This document shows positions 53,701 through 62,545 of a stretch of DNA of 64,000 nucleotides, piece after piece. The stretch spans positions 62,001 to 126,000 of the forward strand of contig CAXBME010000006.1 of the NCBI GenBank assembly GCA_963976765.1, read 5' to 3'. Both the position numbers and the translations under genes were made by a program. The DNA is from an uncultured Planctomycetaceae bacterium. GTDB taxonomy: Bacteria > Planctomycetota > Planctomycetia > Planctomycetales > Planctomycetaceae. The notes under the pieces were generated by a model that saw only the letters and a program-made list of their open reading frames with translations, searched no databases and was not told the DNA's origin. The first letter of the stretch is position 1. Each line of letters opens with the position of its first letter.

Positions 53701-55726
53701 CCGGCATCTCGGGTTGCGAAGTCGTTGTCGCCGGTGTGCCACTGGCTTTGCCAGTGCCTGTCTGAAGTTCACTTTGTTCCGTGCTCGGCACAGGCGGAGC
53801 CTGCGGCACACTGACTGGTTCGAGATCACTCTCTTCCCACCAGCTGGCGATAACGGTTTCGGGCAGCGCCTTCAGCTTTGCTTCAAGGTCCTCACGAAGA
53901 CGCGACACTTCTTCACTGAGTTCCAGCGTTCGCCCAGGAGCTTCGCCGCGCCAGAACGGGACAGTCGGCGGAACGCCTCCCGCATCGGTGACGTGCACGT
54001 CGGTGCCGCGCACGCCTTCCATTCTCCAGGACGTATTCCCCAGCAGAATGATCTGACCGGCGTGCGACTCCAACGCGAAATCTTCGTCCAGCGTTCCAAC
54101 AACGACCCCGTCTGGCTGAGCGACGACGCGAAACTCGGCCACTTCCGGAATTGCGCCCGCGTTTGAAGCCGCGACGATCCGAGCACCCGGTCGAGTTCGC
54201 AGCCGCTTCTGAACCAAATCCTGGTGAAGGTAAACTTTTCCGCGGCCCGACCGATCGGTGAGTCCCTCGCTGAGAAACCGCAGCGTCTCGTCAAAGTCTT
54301 CCCGTTTCAGATTTCGAAACGGCCACGCGCGACGGCATAACGCAAACAGGTCGTTCGTGCCCCATTCCCGACAGGCGACTTCCGCGACAACCTGTTGAGC
54401 CAGCACGTCGATGGGACATTCAGGAATCGGAATCACATCGAGTCGACCGGCTCGAATCGCTCGAATCAGGCCCATACTTTCGACCAGTTCGTCACGAGTC
54501 AGCGCGAACAGCCGTCCTTTCGGCGTCTTGCCCAGCGAATGGCCGGACCGACCGACTCGCTGCAGAAACGTGGCGATGGCCCGCGGCGAGCCAATCTGAA
54601 TCACCAGGTCGATGAACCCGACGTCGAGGCCCAGTTCCAGCGACGCCGTGGCGACCACCGCTTTCAGTTCGCCGTTCTTCAGCTGCTGCTCGGTCTGCAA
54701 CCGGATCGCCGAAGACAGCGACCCGTGGTGACTGCCGACCTGATCCTCACCAAGGATTTCGCTGAGCTGATGCGTCACCCGCTCGGCCATTCGCCGAGTG
54801 TTCACAAAAATCAGCGTGCTGCGGTGCGAATTGATCAGCTCAACGATTCGCTCGTTAACCTCGCCCCACTGCTCGGTCGAGCAGACGGCCGACAGATCGC
54901 TCGGCGGCACTTCGATCTTCAGATCCAGGTCGCGCGAATAGCCAACGTCGACGATCTTTGGGAAGTCCGAAGATGTAGGCTGGAACAAGCTCTGCGCAGT
55001 TCCGGCATTCGAGACGGCACTTGATTCATAGTCGCCGGAACTCCGCGGAGCTTGTTCCAGCCTACGGTCACCAACCAGGAACTCCGCGATCCGCTCGATC
55101 GGTTTCTGCGTCGCCGACAAACCGATCCGCTGCAACGGCCGCTCACACAACGCTTCCAGCCGTTCGATTGTCAGCGCCAGATGTGAGCCCCGTTTGTCCC
55201 GCACCAGTGCGTGAATCTCGTCGACGATAATTGTGTCGACGGACTTCAGCGCCGCGCGGCCTTTCTCGGCGGTCAACAAAAGAAACAGCGACTCGGGAGT
55301 GGTCACCACAATGTGCGGCGGTTTGCGAACGAGGGCCGCGCGTTGAGACGGTGTTGAATCTCCCGTTCGAAGGCCGACACGCAGGCCGGCAATCGGCACG
55401 TCGGGAAACTCAGCGGCAGCCAGCGCGTTGAGTTCTTCGAGCGGCTCAGACAGGTTCCGGTGCATGTCGTTGGAAAGTGCTCGCAGTGGCGAGACGTAGA
55501 TCGCACGGACACCGTCCTCAAGCTTCCCGTCAATCGAGTCTTTCAGCAGCCGATCGATCACCGCCAGAAACGCAGTCAGTGTCTTTCCGCTGCCGGTTGG
55601 CGCGGCAATCAGCGTGTTCTCACCCTGTTCGATGTGTGGCCACCCCTGCTGCTGCGGGGCGGTGGGTTCTGCAAACCGGCTCTGAAACCAGCGCTCGATC
55701 AGCGGATGAAATCCAAAAAACGACAT
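50780..55726 (-). CDS. lhr: Lhr-family ATP-dependent helicase (full length, with C-terminal domain)
   Basis: Q-motif PTAPQ, APTGSGKT, SPLRAL, TTPES, DEIH, LSAT, HHGSL, QRVGRSGH; C-terminal LLRRWGVVFR and GEIRGGRF..GEQFA. Confidence 0.93.
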   Translation of the reverse strand: MSFFGFHPLIERWFQSRFAEPTAPQQQGWPHIEQGENTLIAAPTGSGKTLTAFLAVIDRLLKDSIDGKLEDGVRAIYVSPLRALSNDMHRNLSEPLEELNALAAAEFPDVPIAGLRVGLRTGDSTPSQRAALVRKPPHIVVTTPESLFLLLTAEKGRAALKSVDTIIVDEIHALVRDKRGSHLALTIERLEALCERPLQRIGLSATQKPIERIAEFLVGDRRLEQAPRSSGDYESSAVSNAGTAQSLFQPTSSDFPKIVDVGYSRDLDLKIEVPPSDLSAVCSTEQWGEVNERIVELINSHRSTLIFVNTRRMAERVTHQLSEILGEDQVGSHHGSLSSAIRLQTEQQLKNGELKAVVATASLELGLDVGFIDLVIQIGSPRAIATFLQRVGRSGHSLGKTPKGRLFALTRDELVESMGLIRAIRAGRLDVIPIPECPIDVLAQQVVAEVACREWGTNDLFALCRRAWPFRNLKREDFDETLRFLSEGLTDRSGRGKVYLHQDLVQKRLRTRPGARIVAASNAGAIPEVAEFRVVAQPDGVVVGTLDEDFALESHAGQIILLGNTSWRMEGVRGTDVHVTDAGGVPPTVPFWRGEAPGRTLELSEEVSRLREDLEAKLKALPETVIASWWEESDLEPVSVPQAPPVPSTEQSELQTGTGKASGTPATTTSQPEMPATQTEFRNSTADIVHWLVKETDCSDDAARQVVNYLAAQIAAVGIVPTQKRVIFERFFDESGGMQMVVHAPFGSRITQAWGLSMRKRFCVSFDFELQATADDDGFILSLGPQHSFPLESMFPMLTSENAQRLLVQAILYIPMFQIRWRWNANRALLVPRRDKGKRIPPALQRFRADDLLSSVFPLLTGCQENVVGELEMPEHILLRQTMDDCLSEALDIAGLVDVLRQVEAGEIEFVARDTREPSPFSYELLNSNPYAFLDGGELPERRARAVSTRRSLTVDSVKDLGRLDPLAIDQVTAEATPVVRNADELHDVLLTRIVLPDAEMEDWRGWLEELVAQRRATSTTATGGVTVWTAAERIPAVLAMFPDSALQPQIQAPDGVRLEWNDVDGRVATMRGLLETSGPLTHEEAARRTGTRPNQAFAALEALEGEGIVLRGRFRDQSECATAGLPSSDSCQSSSTAGQARSGTQGNKQGTDPMPATEWCHRRLLSRIHRLTMQGLRQQIQPVSSDVFLRFLTHHHGLTKQTRRAGVNGLFEAVSLLQGYDLAAVCWERDVLPARVDGYRSAWLDELCLSGEVAWGRLFPPKREADSPALLTRVVPVSLFLRSDLGWLSTETAAEDEESLSAAAREILDAMKRRGAVFASDLQQQMSVSTGELNDALGELVSRGRIAADGFGGLRSLLQSKQPAPSISRRSGLARTRNSAGSTGRWSIWQRSSATADASRSDDSKSTADEENSVEQWAWQLLRRWGVVFRDLLEREAGTPRWWELLQVYRRLEARGEIRGGRFITGVAGEQFALGDTVKRLRQLRDAMPDRGNRTISKTVGIRESFLQTDPALNVRGTGKRSGVASPESLEGISNGVSPSDELVVISAVDPLNLVGIITKHSRVPATAHNRIALLNGKPIAALINGEVSFLDAVRATQRDGLARTLLGQNVHFAAEENRDLPPDSDSTADEPSPRFPRKRFVRPVIS
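52293..52365. repeat. Perfect 27-bp inverted repeat inside lhr
   Basis: GTGCCACTGCGGGCTTGCCCAGCAGTG (52293-319), a 19-nt spacer, then its exact reverse complement (52339-365). Confidence 0.95.
53734..53811. repeat. GTGCCACTGGC-family inverted pair inside lhr
   Basis: GTGTGCCACTGGCTTTGCCAGTGCC (53734-58) and GGCACAGGCGGAGCCTGCGGCACAC (53787-811); 20/25 complementary; same 78-nt length as the intergenic copy at 22727-22804. Confidence 0.9.
54975..55065. repeat. GTAG-type REPIN-like inverted pair inside lhr
   Basis: GTAGGCTGGAACAAGCTCTGCGCAGTTCCGGC (54975-55006) and GCCGGAACTCCGCGGAGCTTGTTCCAGCCTAC (55034-65); 30/32 complementary; GTAG...CTAC termini. Confidence 0.95.
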
Positions 55727-55812
55727 CCGGTGTGGGTTTCCTCTTTGAATCGCGAATTCAGGAATTCATACGCTCCCGGATTGGGAGACCGTTGTCTAGA
55801 CTCACCGAATAA

Positions 55813-55833
55813 GTAGGTCAGGCTGGGCCTGAC
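55813..55833. repeat. Single GTAG-type REP-like palindrome
   Basis: GTAG-GTCAGGC-TGG-GCCTGAC, between the divergent lhr and argH genes. Confidence 0.65.
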
Positions 55834-55905
55834 GAAATCATCTCAGTCATGCTGACTCTGACGCAAAGCCGCAGAGGCAGAAACTTCAGCGAACGGAACG
55901 GCATC

Positions 55906-57291
55906 GTGACAGGCAAAGCGTGGGGCGGGCGATTTCAGGAAGCAACAGACGCTCGGGTGGAGCGGTTCACCGAGTCGATCAGCTTTGACGCGAGGCTGGC
56001 CGATGTCGACATCACCGGTTCGCAGGCTCACGCGCGGATGCTCGCCAAAGTCGGCCTGATTTCGGACGACGAGCGCGACCAGATCATCTCCGAACTGGAG
56101 AACATCCGCGGCGAAATCGAACGCGGCGAGATGGAGCATCAGACGTCGCTCGAAGACATTCACATGCACATCGAGAGTCGTCTGACCGAACGACTCGGCG
56201 ACACCGGACGGAAGCTGCACACCGGTCGCAGCCGCAACGATCAGGTGTCGACCGACCTGAAACTCTACACCCGAGCGGCCATCGATCGGATCGACGAGCT
56301 GCTGCTTGACGTCCAGAAGGCATTTGTTGAACGAGCGGACCGCGATCGTGAAATCGTCATGCCCGCTTACACGCATCTGCAACGAGCGATGCCGGTTCTG
56401 GCCGCCCACTACTGGCTGGCCTATACCGAAAAATTCGAACGCGATCGCCAGCGACTCGCCGACTGCCGACGCCGAGTCAACGTCTCGCCGCTCGGCTCCG
56501 CCGCTCTGGCTGGAACGTCGCTGCCGATCGATCGTCAGGAAACGGCAAAGCTGCTCGGTTTCGAAGACGTCGCGCGAAACAGTCTGGACGTGTCGAGCGA
56601 CCGCGACTACATGGTCGAGTTCGTCCTGGACCTCTCGCTGATCGCCGCTCACCTGAGTTCCTGGGCGGAAGAGTGGATCATCTGGTTCTCGTGCGAGTTC
56701 GGCTTCATCCAGTTGCCGGACGCGTTTACGACCGGCTCGTCCATCATGCCGCAGAAGAAGAACCCGGACGTCCTGGAATTAATCCGCGGCAAGACCGCAC
56801 GAGTGATGGCCGACGTGACTCAACTGCTGGTCCTGATCAAAGGCCTGCCGATGGCCTACAACCGGGATCTGCAGGAAGACAAACTGGCCCTGTTCGACGC
56901 GTTCGACACGGTGGAAGCGTGTCTGGAAGTCGCTCCGGCATTGATCGCCGGAGCCGAACTTCAGGTTGACCGAATCAACGAAAAGATCGACGACGGATTC
57001 CTGGACGCGACCGCGCTGATGGAATACCTCATCAAACGCGGAGTCCCCATGCGAACCGGCCACGGTACCGTCGGCAAACTGGTCGCCGAATGCGAAGGCC
57101 GCCAGTGCCAGTTGAAAGATCTGTCACTGGAAGACCTGCAGGCCGCTTGCGACCTGATCGACGAATCCGTCTACGACGTCCTGGGAACCGTCAACGCCGT
57201 CGCCGCCCTCCAAAGCTTCGGCTCCGGCGGCAAAGCCCCCGTCGAAGAACAGATCGCTTATTGGCAAGGGCGACTGCAGGCATCGATTTAG
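55906..57291 (+). CDS. argH: Argininosuccinate lyase
   Basis: [27 protein letters not shown], signature [24 protein letters not shown] start inferred (ORF open from 55849). Confidence 0.96.
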   Translation: MTGKAWGGRFQEATDARVERFTESISFDARLADVDITGSQAHARMLAKVGLISDDERDQIISELENIRGEIERGEMEHQTSLEDIHMHIESRLTERLGDTGRKLHTGRSRNDQVSTDLKLYTRAAIDRIDELLLDVQKAFVERADRDREIVMPAYTHLQRAMPVLAAHYWLAYTEKFERDRQRLADCRRRVNVSPLGSAALAGTSLPIDRQETAKLLGFEDVARNSLDVSSDRDYMVEFVLDLSLIAAHLSSWAEEWIIWFSCEFGFIQLPDAFTTGSSIMPQKKNPDVLELIRGKTARVMADVTQLLVLIKGLPMAYNRDLQEDKLALFDAFDTVEACLEVAPALIAGAELQVDRINEKIDDGFLDATALMEYLIKRGVPMRTGHGTVGKLVAECEGRQCQLKDLSLEDLQAACDLIDESVYDVLGTVNAVAALQSFGSGGKAPVEEQIAYWQGRLQASI

Positions 57292-57313
57292 TCGGGTGCG
57301 TCAAGACGCACCC
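57291..57313. repeat. REP-like palindrome directly after the argH stop
   Basis: GTCGGGTGCGTC-AA-GACGCACCC; 9-bp stem preceded by a GTAG-like tetramer. Confidence 0.6.
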
Positions 57314-57604
57314 GCCAGAGTGGCCCAACCGCTTGCCGTCGCGTGCCGAAGGCACAAGGGGTCTGATCCTCTGCTCTCGACGAGAATTAAAAACTTCGAA
57401 CGGCATCGTATCCGGATGATGAAGCATCCTGTCGTTGCGTGACACCGCCAGGCTGGACGGGCCATCCAGCCAGAATCGCCTCACTCAGCCGGGTTGCGAT
57501 GTCCCGTGTGGAGGTGCAGAATGGCGGATTCCTTTCGCAAAACGTCCTGCCTGCGAGTTCACGCCCTGCCGAACTCGCGACTTTCAATTCGCGAGTTTTC
57601 CACC

Positions 57605-60600
57605 ATGCTCTCACGAAGAATCTCTCTCGCCGTCACCCTTGTTGCTTCCTGCCTCGCGAGCTTTTCAAAAGCTCAGGACAAGCCTGCTTACACCCCGGCG
57701 ATCGCTCCGGCATCGAACGAGGGTGAGCGGGCGCTCGAAGGATTTCAGCTTCCTGACGGCATGGTCGGAAGCCTGTACGCCGCCGAGCCGATGCTGGCGA
57801 ATCCGGTCGCGTTTGCGATTGACGAGAAAGGCCGTGTCTTTGTTGCCGAAACTTTCCGGCAGAAAAACGGCGTCGAGGACAACCGCTACCACATGAACTG
57901 GCTGCACGACGACCTCGCACTGCAGACGGTCGAGCAGCGCGTCGAGATGTTCAGAAAACACCTCGGCGAAAAAATCTACGAGTACACCGCTCACCACGAC
58001 CGAATCCGCCTGCTGGAAGATTCAGACGGCGACGGCAAAGCGGACAAGTCGACGGTTTACGCTGACGGGTTCAACGCGATTGAAGACGGAACGGGCGCCG
58101 GGCTGCTCGCGCGAAACGGCGACGTCTACTACACGTGCATCCCGAAGCTGTGGAGACTCCGCGACGAGGACGGCGATGGAGTGGCTGACAAACGGGACGC
58201 TCTGCATCACGGTTACGGCGTCCGCGTCGCCTTCCGCGGGCACGACATGCACGGTCTCATTATGGGACCGGACGGGCGGGTTTACTTCAGCATCGGAGAC
58301 CGTGGTTACAACGTCGAAACAAAAGAAGGAACACAGCTCGTTCGGCCTGACACGGGAGCCGTTTTTCGCTGCGAGCCCGACGGCACCGGGCTGGAAGTTT
58401 TTGCCTACGGACTGAGGAATCCGCAGGAACTGGCTTTCGACGATTACGGCAACCTCTTCACCGGCGACAACAATTCGGACAGCGGCGACAAAGCTCGCTG
58501 GGTCTACGTCGTCGAAGGCGGCGACACCGGCTGGAGAATGTACTACCAGTACCTCGACGATCGCGGGCCGTGGAACCGCGAAAAACTCTGGCACCCGCAG
58601 CACGAAGGCCAGGCGGCTTACATTATTCCTCCAATTGCAAACCTGGGTGATGGACCGTCGGGCCTCGTTCATTACCCCGGCGTCGGACTCCCCGAGCGGT
58701 ACAAAGACCACTTCTTCATGTGCGATTTCCGAGGCGGACCGTCCAACAGCGGCATCCGCTCCTTCGCCGTCAAACCCAAAGGCGCGTCCTTCGAACTGGT
58801 CGACTCGCACGAGTTCATCTGGAAGATCCTCGGCACCGACATTGACTTCGGCTACGACGGCGGCATCTACATTTCAGACTGGGTCAACGGCTGGGACGGC
58901 CTGGGCAAAGGCCGCATCTACAAGTTCATGGATCCGGAGTCTGCGAAGTCTCCAGCGATCGCTCAGGCGATCATGGCGAAGGGATTTGCTGATCGATCAA
59001 ACGAAGAACTCGTCGCCTTACTCTCCCACCCCGACCGCCGAGTTCGTCAGGAAGCCCAGTTCGCCCTTGTTAAGAACGGAGCACTCGACGAACTGATCGA
59101 AGTTGCCAGGTCGGGAGAAAACCAGTTCGCCAGGATCCACGGCATCTGGGGACTCGGACAACTAGGCAGACAGAAATGGCGACTAGACAGGCAGGCATAC
59201 GCAAGAAAGCGGAAGGCTCTCCTGGATCTGCTCTCAGACGAAGATACGGAAATCCGTGCGCAGGTCTGTCGAGTGATTACCTCAAGACCGCCTTCAACCG
59301 CCGAAGCACTAACTTCAATTCAAAAATCTCGCGAGGCGATCAAGAAGTCAGGAATTGATCCAAAGGAACTCTTCCAAGCTGCAAACTCGGGAAATTCTTT
59401 TTTCTATCCGATTCCGACCACGTCAAAACTTCTGAAACTACTTCAAGATGAGAGTCCACGAGTTCGTTCACTGGCGGCGCTGGCTCTTCGGCCTGCCACG
59501 CCGTGGAACACTCTAAAACCGTTAATCAAAATGCTCACCGACAACGCTGATAAAGATCCCGTCGTTCGCCACGCTGCATCGTTGGCATTGTCGAGGATCT
59601 ACGACAAACGGTTGATCGAAGAGGGATTGCCGGGTGCTGGTCCGGCGGCACGAATGGGGATCACTCTGGCGCTTCGACGCAAAAAGTCGGAACGGATAGC
59701 AGAACTGCTGAATGATCCGGAGCCGTTGATTGTTCTCGAAGCGGCGCGGGGAATTCATGATGAAGAGATTGTTGAGGCAATGCCCCAACTGGCGGCGCTG
59801 GCGGATCAGCCGATGCCTTCGGGGGATGATGGGCTGACGGATGCGCTCGTGCGGCGAGTGATGAACGCAAACTTTCGGCTCGGGCAGAAAGAACACGCGG
59901 AACGCGTCGTCAAGTTGGCGACGGATGCTTCGTTGTCGGAGAGTCTGCGTGTCGAAGCTCTGGAAGAGTTGAAGATGTGGGATGCTCCGTCGCCACTGGA
60001 TCGAGTGCTCGGAGCGTGGCGACCGATCGCTGAGAAACGCGACGCCGGCTTTATTGCGAACCTGCTGCGGTCTCAGCTTGGCGGCATCATCAGCGGCAGT
60101 GAGAAGGTTCAGAAGCTGGGAGCGGAACTTGCCGCGAAGTACGGGATCCAGGAAGTCGAACCCGTTCTGGTGGCCGTCGTTCAGGACGAGTCCAAAGTGA
60201 CGACTTCGCGAGTCGCCGCCATCAGGGCTTTGGACAGGCTCGATTCAAAATCGATCGCCCGGTTGGCTCAGGATTCATTGAAAGACAAAAGCCCGGATGT
60301 CCGAGTCGCCGCTCGCGAAATTTCCGTTCGACGAAATCCGGATACCGCCGCACAAACCCTGGCGGAAGCAATCCTGAACGGCACGACGGTCGAGCAGCAG
60401 GCCGCGATCGCTCAACTGGCAGAACTGAAACGAGCGGATGCTGACGCCGTGCTCAGCCAATGGCTGGGAGTGATGCTTGAAGGCAACGCTCCGGCGGAGA
60501 TTCATCTGGACCTGCTGGAAGCTGCAAAAGCTCGCGGGACCGAATCACTGCTCGGTCAGGTGAAGACGATCGAACAGAAACATGATCCGACCGATCCGCT

Positions 60601-61075
60601 GTCGAAGTACCTGGTGAGTCTCGAAGGCGGAGACGCCAAACGCGGTTACGATATTTTCTTTGGACGAAGTTCCGCATCGTGCCGACGTTGCCATTCGGTC
60701 CAGAATAATGGCGGCGCCGTTGGTCCCGATTTGTCAGCAATCGCGAAGGAGAAAGATCGGAAATATCTGTTGGAAGCGATTGTCGCTCCGAATGCAAAGA
60801 TTGCTAAAGGATTCGAGCCAGTTATCGCCGTCATGGATTCCGGCAAGGTCTATGCTGGAACGAAGAGGTCTGACGACGGAGCGACTCTGCAGTTGATGCT
60901 TCCCGACGGAACAGTGATTTCTCTGCCAAAAGACGAAATTGACGAACTCGCCAAAGGACAATCAGCAATGCCGGCAGACCTGATCAAACATCTGTCACTC
61001 GCCGATCTTCGAGACCTTGTTGAGTACCTCGCCCAGCAGAAAACACCCGCTCCGAAAGTAGCAGGTCACGAGTGA
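57605..61075 (+). CDS. PVC-type secreted protein: dehydrogenase-like beta-propeller, HEAT repeats and c-type cytochrome domain
   Basis: Signal peptide; FQLPDG..AAEPMLANPVA, DSDGDGKAD, GPDG, GLRNP; HEAT repeats; GDAKRG..F..CRRCH, VGPDLS and SAMP (heme motif and axial Met). Confidence 0.9.
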   Translation: MLSRRISLAVTLVASCLASFSKAQDKPAYTPAIAPASNEGERALEGFQLPDGMVGSLYAAEPMLANPVAFAIDEKGRVFVAETFRQKNGVEDNRYHMNWLHDDLALQTVEQRVEMFRKHLGEKIYEYTAHHDRIRLLEDSDGDGKADKSTVYADGFNAIEDGTGAGLLARNGDVYYTCIPKLWRLRDEDGDGVADKRDALHHGYGVRVAFRGHDMHGLIMGPDGRVYFSIGDRGYNVETKEGTQLVRPDTGAVFRCEPDGTGLEVFAYGLRNPQELAFDDYGNLFTGDNNSDSGDKARWVYVVEGGDTGWRMYYQYLDDRGPWNREKLWHPQHEGQAAYIIPPIANLGDGPSGLVHYPGVGLPERYKDHFFMCDFRGGPSNSGIRSFAVKPKGASFELVDSHEFIWKILGTDIDFGYDGGIYISDWVNGWDGLGKGRIYKFMDPESAKSPAIAQAIMAKGFADRSNEELVALLSHPDRRVRQEAQFALVKNGALDELIEVARSGENQFARIHGIWGLGQLGRQKWRLDRQAYARKRKALLDLLSDEDTEIRAQVCRVITSRPPSTAEALTSIQKSREAIKKSGIDPKELFQAANSGNSFFYPIPTTSKLLKLLQDESPRVRSLAALALRPATPWNTLKPLIKMLTDNADKDPVVRHAASLALSRIYDKRLIEEGLPGAGPAARMGITLALRRKKSERIAELLNDPEPLIVLEAARGIHDEEIVEAMPQLAALADQPMPSGDDGLTDALVRRVMNANFRLGQKEHAERVVKLATDASLSESLRVEALEELKMWDAPSPLDRVLGAWRPIAEKRDAGFIANLLRSQLGGIISGSEKVQKLGAELAAKYGIQEVEPVLVAVVQDESKVTTSRVAAIRALDRLDSKSIARLAQDSLKDKSPDVRVAAREISVRRNPDTAAQTLAEAILNGTTVEQQAAIAQLAELKRADADAVLSQWLGVMLEGNAPAEIHLDLLEAAKARGTESLLGQVKTIEQKHDPTDPLSKYLVSLEGGDAKRGYDIFFGRSSASCRRCHSVQNNGGAVGPDLSAIAKEKDRKYLLEAIVAPNAKIAKGFEPVIAVMDSGKVYAGTKRSDDGATLQLMLPDGTVISLPKDEIDELAKGQSAMPADLIKHLSLADLRDLVEYLAQQKTPAPKVAGHE

Positions 61076-61083
61076 TCAGGAGT

Positions 61084-61183
61084 TTGGCCGCAGATCGTCG
61101 CGGAAAGACACGGATGATGGTTCGAATTGATTGCCAGAAATTTGATTCTGTATCTGCGTCTAACAGCGTTCATCAGTGGCTAA
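61084..61183. repeat. Degenerate inverted repeat (GCCxCAGAT..ACACGGAT family)
   Basis: 61084-61115 against the reverse complement of 61152-61183: 21/32 identical, several mismatches G-U compatible. Confidence 0.45.
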
Positions 61184-61211
61184 GAAATGTGAAAGTTGAA
61201 AGTCGAATTTC

Positions 61212-61967
61212 ATGACCGAGGACAGCCAGCAATCAACCACTCGGCTGCTGATCACACTCTGCACGTACAACGAGTGTGAAAATTTGCCGCTGCTGATTCC
61301 GGAAATCCACCAGCACGCTCCGGATGCGGACATCCTGGTCATTGATGACAACTCTCCGGACGGAACGGGCAAGCTGGCCGACGAGATGTCTCAGGCAGAT
61401 TCGCGTATTCACGTGCTGCACCGAGCCGGCAAACAGGGACTCGGTGCCGCAACCGTTGCCGGTTTCAAGTATGCCGTCGAGCAGAAGTACGACTTCGTTC
61501 TGAACATGGACGCCGACTTCAGCCATCACCCTAAGTATCTGCCAGCTTTGCGAGTGTGCCTGGAATCCGCAGACGTCGGAATCGGTTCGCGGTACGTACC
61601 GGGTGGAAACGTCGTCGGCTGGAATTTCAAACGACACTTCATGAGCCGCTCGATCAACCTCTACGCGAAGCTGACGCTGGGCCTTTCATCGCGAGACAAC
61701 AGCGGAAGCTTCCGGTGTTACCGAGTGCCCGATCTGGCAAAGCTGGACTTTGATCAAGTGAGATCTCGCGGGTACTCGTTCCAGGAAGAGATCCTTTACA
61801 TGTGCCGCTGCGTCGGCTGCACGTTTCAGGAAACACCGATCGTCTTTGAAGACCGCCGCTTCGGAACGTCCAAGATCAATCAGAAGGAAGCCGTCATGGC
61901 GCTGTGGGTGCTGTTCCGCCTGGCGATTGATCGAATCGTCCGTCGTCGAGTCACCGTTCGAGAATAG
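61212..61967 (+). CDS. Polyprenol-monophosphomannose synthase-like GT2
   Basis: TYNE, IDDNSPDGT, KQGLG, MDADFSH, IGSRYVPGG, GYSFQEE, SKI. Confidence 0.9.
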   Translation: MTEDSQQSTTRLLITLCTYNECENLPLLIPEIHQHAPDADILVIDDNSPDGTGKLADEMSQADSRIHVLHRAGKQGLGAATVAGFKYAVEQKYDFVLNMDADFSHHPKYLPALRVCLESADVGIGSRYVPGGNVVGWNFKRHFMSRSINLYAKLTLGLSSRDNSGSFRCYRVPDLAKLDFDQVRSRGYSFQEEILYMCRCVGCTFQETPIVFEDRRFGTSKINQKEAVMALWVLFRLAIDRIVRRRVTVRE

Positions 61968-62176
61968 AATTCGACAGGGACGATCTCGTCACGACTGGCT
62001 CAAAGACGCAGAGCCGCTAAGAAACGTGAAGAGTTGAACGGGGGGCGCAGTTTGACAGAGAAGCAGATGTTTCGATGTATTTCGGCCAAGCCGTAAAGCT
62101 CCTTGGCGACCCTCTGCTACTTTGCGCCCCAGGCTGACAGTTTCCAGGTGACTATTTTCGCAAGGGAATTTGATAA

Positions 62177-62410
62177 ATGTCGGACGTCACCATTCGCTGT
62201 CGCAAAGACGGACCTTTGATTGTCACCGGCGATATCACGCTGACTGATTTCGAAGGCAACGCCTACGACACCTCCGGTCGGGAAAACATCGCGCTCTGCC
62301 GCTGCGGAGCGACGTCGAAACGCCCGTTCTGCGACGGGACTCATCGTCAAACTGGCTGGGAAGCCTCGGAAATGGTCCAGGACGGCAACTCGACCAGCGA
62401 AGGCAGGTAG
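62177..62410 (+). CDS. CDGSH iron-sulfur domain protein
   Basis: DGPLIVTG and LCRCGATSKRPFCDGTH (3Cys-1His [2Fe-2S] motif). Confidence 0.93.
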   Translation: MSDVTIRCRKDGPLIVTGDITLTDFEGNAYDTSGRENIALCRCGATSKRPFCDGTHRQTGWEASEMVQDGNSTSEGR

Positions 62411-62545
62411 ACCTTTCCGACACCGTCGCGGCCGGGCAACCTGACCATGCTCGGAGTTTCGCCCGCTCGACGACCTCGCGCGCAGTGCCTAACCTACGCG
62501 CCGAACGAAGTCTTCCTAAACGTGGTATTGTCTTGAGAATCGCTC

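Noticed and set aside
62041..62140. GGGGGCGCAG...GACAG as a tmRNA or tRNA 5' end
   Set aside because: No T-arm (GTTCRA) or CCA-type 3' end at a suitable distance.
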